DNA from: an uncultured Nitrososphaeraceae archaeon
Lineage (GTDB): Archaea; Thermoproteota; Nitrososphaeria; Nitrososphaerales; Nitrososphaeraceae
Direction of reading: 5' to 3'
Assembly (NCBI GenBank): GCA_963765895.1
Contig: CAVXZB010000053.1
Coordinates: 1-21,738, forward strand
DNA: 21,738 nt
Position numbers and translations under genes: made by a program. This document shows, piece by piece, positions 19,337-21,738 of the stretch. The notes under the pieces were generated by a model. That model made no database searches and had not been told where the DNA came from. It worked only from the letters and a program-made list of their open reading frames with translations. The number at the start of each line of letters is the position of its first letter. The first letter of the stretch is position 1.

Positions 19337-19997
19337 AGACTGAATACGGGAAGGCAATTAATTGCTCAAAAGAAGATATCTTTGGTTGGAATTAAACATT
19401 TGCAGCCAATATTCAGTATTTTGAACTTGTTCTCTCCCAATGACAATCCTAACAATTTCTACATTTTTTACATTTAATTCAAACCTGCGGGGCAAGATTC
19501 ACAGTCATTTTTCTTTAATGTGATGCTCGAGATGAATTCATGCATGCTTATGTTATTAATAGGATATCATAATTATGCCATTTAGAGTTTGAGTATTAAA
19601 CAATCCCGCTATGGTGCCATATGTCAATCTTGTTTGCCAGATTTGAAATAAGTAGTGCCATTTAGGTATTTAATTTTATGATACCTTTATATTAATTATT
19701 ATAGTAAGCAGAATCGTTCATCAAAAATCACTTAAGTCTTCAATTGTCTAATCGAAATAGTCTCAACCCATATGGAGACGAAACCGAGCAATTCTATATA
19801 TTGAGCAAGTCATTAAACTTACCTAACATGAATAATCAGGAAAATAGTGCAGTATGATAGTATCATAAATCATTCATAAAACAAAGCACTCAGTTAACCT
19901 GATTTATTTATAATAATAAGCATTAGTTGTTGCTCTAATACAAAACTGGTTATAATTCTAACAGGAAAAAACGAAAATTATTCAAATGTGCTTGAAA

Positions 19998-21237
19998 CTA
20001 TGTTAGTTTTTCTAAATGTTGTACTATCATCGGCAGAAAGGTTCCGACGTCAGTTACTATCCCAATAGCTTGTGTAGTCCCTCTATCAAGGAGCTTTGTT
20101 ACAACTGATTGACTTATATCTACAGCAACAACCTTAACCGAAGCTGGCAACATATTACCAACAGCAATAGAATGCAACATCGTAGAAAACATCAAAACCA
20201 TTTTTACATTCTTCAGTATTCGTTTGTACTGACGTTGAGCTTCTACTATATCTGTTACCACGTCCGGTATTGGTCCGTCATCTCTTATCGAACCTGCCAA
20301 TACGAACGGGATACTTCTAGTGATGCATTCATACATTATTCCTCTTGTTAAAGCCTTTTCTTTAATCATGGCATTTAGAGATCCTGCTTTGAATACCTCG
20401 TTAACTGCTTGCATATGATTTCTATGACCCCTTATCACGAGTGTCCCATCATTTACTCGCATACCTAGTGATGTTCCCATCAAAGCATTCTCTACGTCGT
20501 GCACAGCCAAGGCGTTACCAGCCAAAAGCCCATCTATATACCCCATACGGATTAATTTTTCTAAAGCCTCAGATGCGCCAGAATGTATTAGTACCTGGTC
20601 CTGACACCACGATGATTTTTCCTTTCTCTAGATGTTTAGTTCGGTGTATATCCGAAGCAACTTTTCGAGCAATATGTTGAGTCGGACGCTCACTTGAACT
20701 AGTGCTACTCATAAATTGAAATATGTCCATTCCTTCCCTTGGTCGTTCTTGGGGAATTACTCTGATACCGCTCTCTCCAATCACGATCATTTCTCCCTCT
20801 TTAATATCACGTATCATTTTACATTCAGCCTTGTTACTTTTGGTATCTACTACAATGCACTTATCCATCATCATATTTTCAACATTGATCCATGAACCTT
20901 TATAATAAACCTGAGTGGTATTGTTAGTGGTACTATAAAAACTAGTAGGCATTACCATATTTTTCCTTGCTGGTTCAAGTTTGACTTGCTCGATCGACGC
21001 AGGCTGTGCTCCTTCAATATATAATGATTCTAATAATTCATTTAAATGCTCTGAAGTGTTACCGCGAATCAAAAGGCGGGCATAACTATAATCTTTCTTC
21101 ATTTTACCTATACTGAATTCCACGACTTGGAAATCACCCTTAAGATCCATTACCTTGTCGAATATTTTTGTGAGAACCATCGAATCGATAAGGTGTCCTC
21201 TTACCTCAATTTCCTTCTCATAAGTCTTTCCACTCAA
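19998..21237 (-). CDS. TIGR00300-family (LOR/SDH-related, ArgZ/AgrE C-terminal-like) ornithine cyclodeaminase-like protein, with one +1 frameshift at 20594-20595 (probably artefact)
   Basis: EVRGHLIDS, FYSTTN, FQFMSSTSSSERP, LLAGNALAVHDVE, GTSLG, GHRNHM, FVLAGSIRDDGP, STMLHSIAVGNMLP, KLLDRGT and VTDVG motifs. Span is 1240 nt (3n+1); removing one G gives VVSGPVLIHSGASEALEKLIRMGY and 412 aa. Confidence 0.92.
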
Positions 21238-21531
21238 TGACTAAAATCAATTATTATCTATCTAATTAAACGTTCATACTATAACGAGATATTATGGTCT
21301 TATAAATTAGAAGATTTCTATCAGGCCAATACGAGCATTGTTTGATACTTGTTCGCGTCAGATGAACCAAGAAGCTTGATTTGACTCCAACTGAGATGAA
21401 GATCATACGCTCTTGTGTTGATAATATACCATTGGAATCTAATTTGGTATCCACTTGCATTACAAGTAGAACGTTGAATAAATATCTAAACTATTACTAG
21501 AAGAAAAATTAAATCAGTATAATATTAGTGA

Positions 21532-21551
21532 AATATTAGATCTCTAATATT
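21532..21551. promoter_or_regulatory. Perfect 9-2-9 palindrome, possible operator
   Basis: AATATTAGA-TC-TCTAATATT, about 300 nt upstream of the TIGR00300 gene. Confidence 0.25.
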
Positions 21552-21738
21552 GCAATTTCAAAGTATGCTACCGTAATTGCTTAGCAACTTGCGAGTAGAT
21601 GTAATCTCTAGTGCTATTATTGTAGATATGGTATATTCTAGATGTCATCAGCATGACATTCTTGAACGCCTCTTTCAAAATTACTCATTTCTATATATGA
21701 ATATTATCTCAAATCGCTTTCTAACTTAACCATCCTAA

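Noticed and set aside
14715-20905. ORFs 14715..14927, 17492..17698, 19126..19332, 20109..20351, 20441..20680 and 20723..20905
   Set aside because: All overlap better-supported genes on the opposite strand.
21266-21460. 64-aa minus-strand ORF upstream of the TIGR00300 gene
   Set aside because: No recognisable motif or composition signal; it runs into the likely TATA region of the downstream gene.
1-21738. CRISPR array, rRNA, tRNA or alternative genetic code (in-frame stops in fossil genes)
   Set aside because: No regularly spaced repeats or RNA-gene signatures. In-frame stops are of all three types and come with frameshifts, and intact genes end in TAA, TAG and TGA, so this is decay rather than recoding.

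Overview
AT-rich, low-coding-density archaeal DNA. Gene content and protein style (dodecin, PIP-box DinB, stand-alone HMG-CoA synthase, TIGR00300 enzyme, HisKA/HATPase kinases, wHTH-REC regulator, small secreted proteins) point to a soil ammonia-oxidising archaeon (Nitrososphaeraceae); this is inference. Intact genes: dodecin, DNA polymerase IV, a MASE3-type sensor kinase, a wHTH-REC response regulator and several microproteins. HMG-CoA synthase and the TIGR00300 ornithine cyclodeaminase-like gene are each split by one extra G in the same GGTACTA context, most likely sequencing errors. A second kinase with an N-terminal TRASH/YHS-like Cys motif has two mutually compensating frameshifts, one in a (TA)5 tract. 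Much of the apparent intergenic DNA is decayed genes missed by the ORF track: IS481- and IS6-type transposase remnants, a parallel beta-helix protein, an SDR start, a large membrane-anchored surface protein and a BNR/Asp-box protein. No rRNA, tRNA or CRISPR array was found. I cannot demonstrate a new system. The best leads are the putative metal-sensing two-component cluster, a secreted peptide with an amphipathic tail, and a dispersed ~80-bp repeat. All family calls are by motif recognition, not database search.
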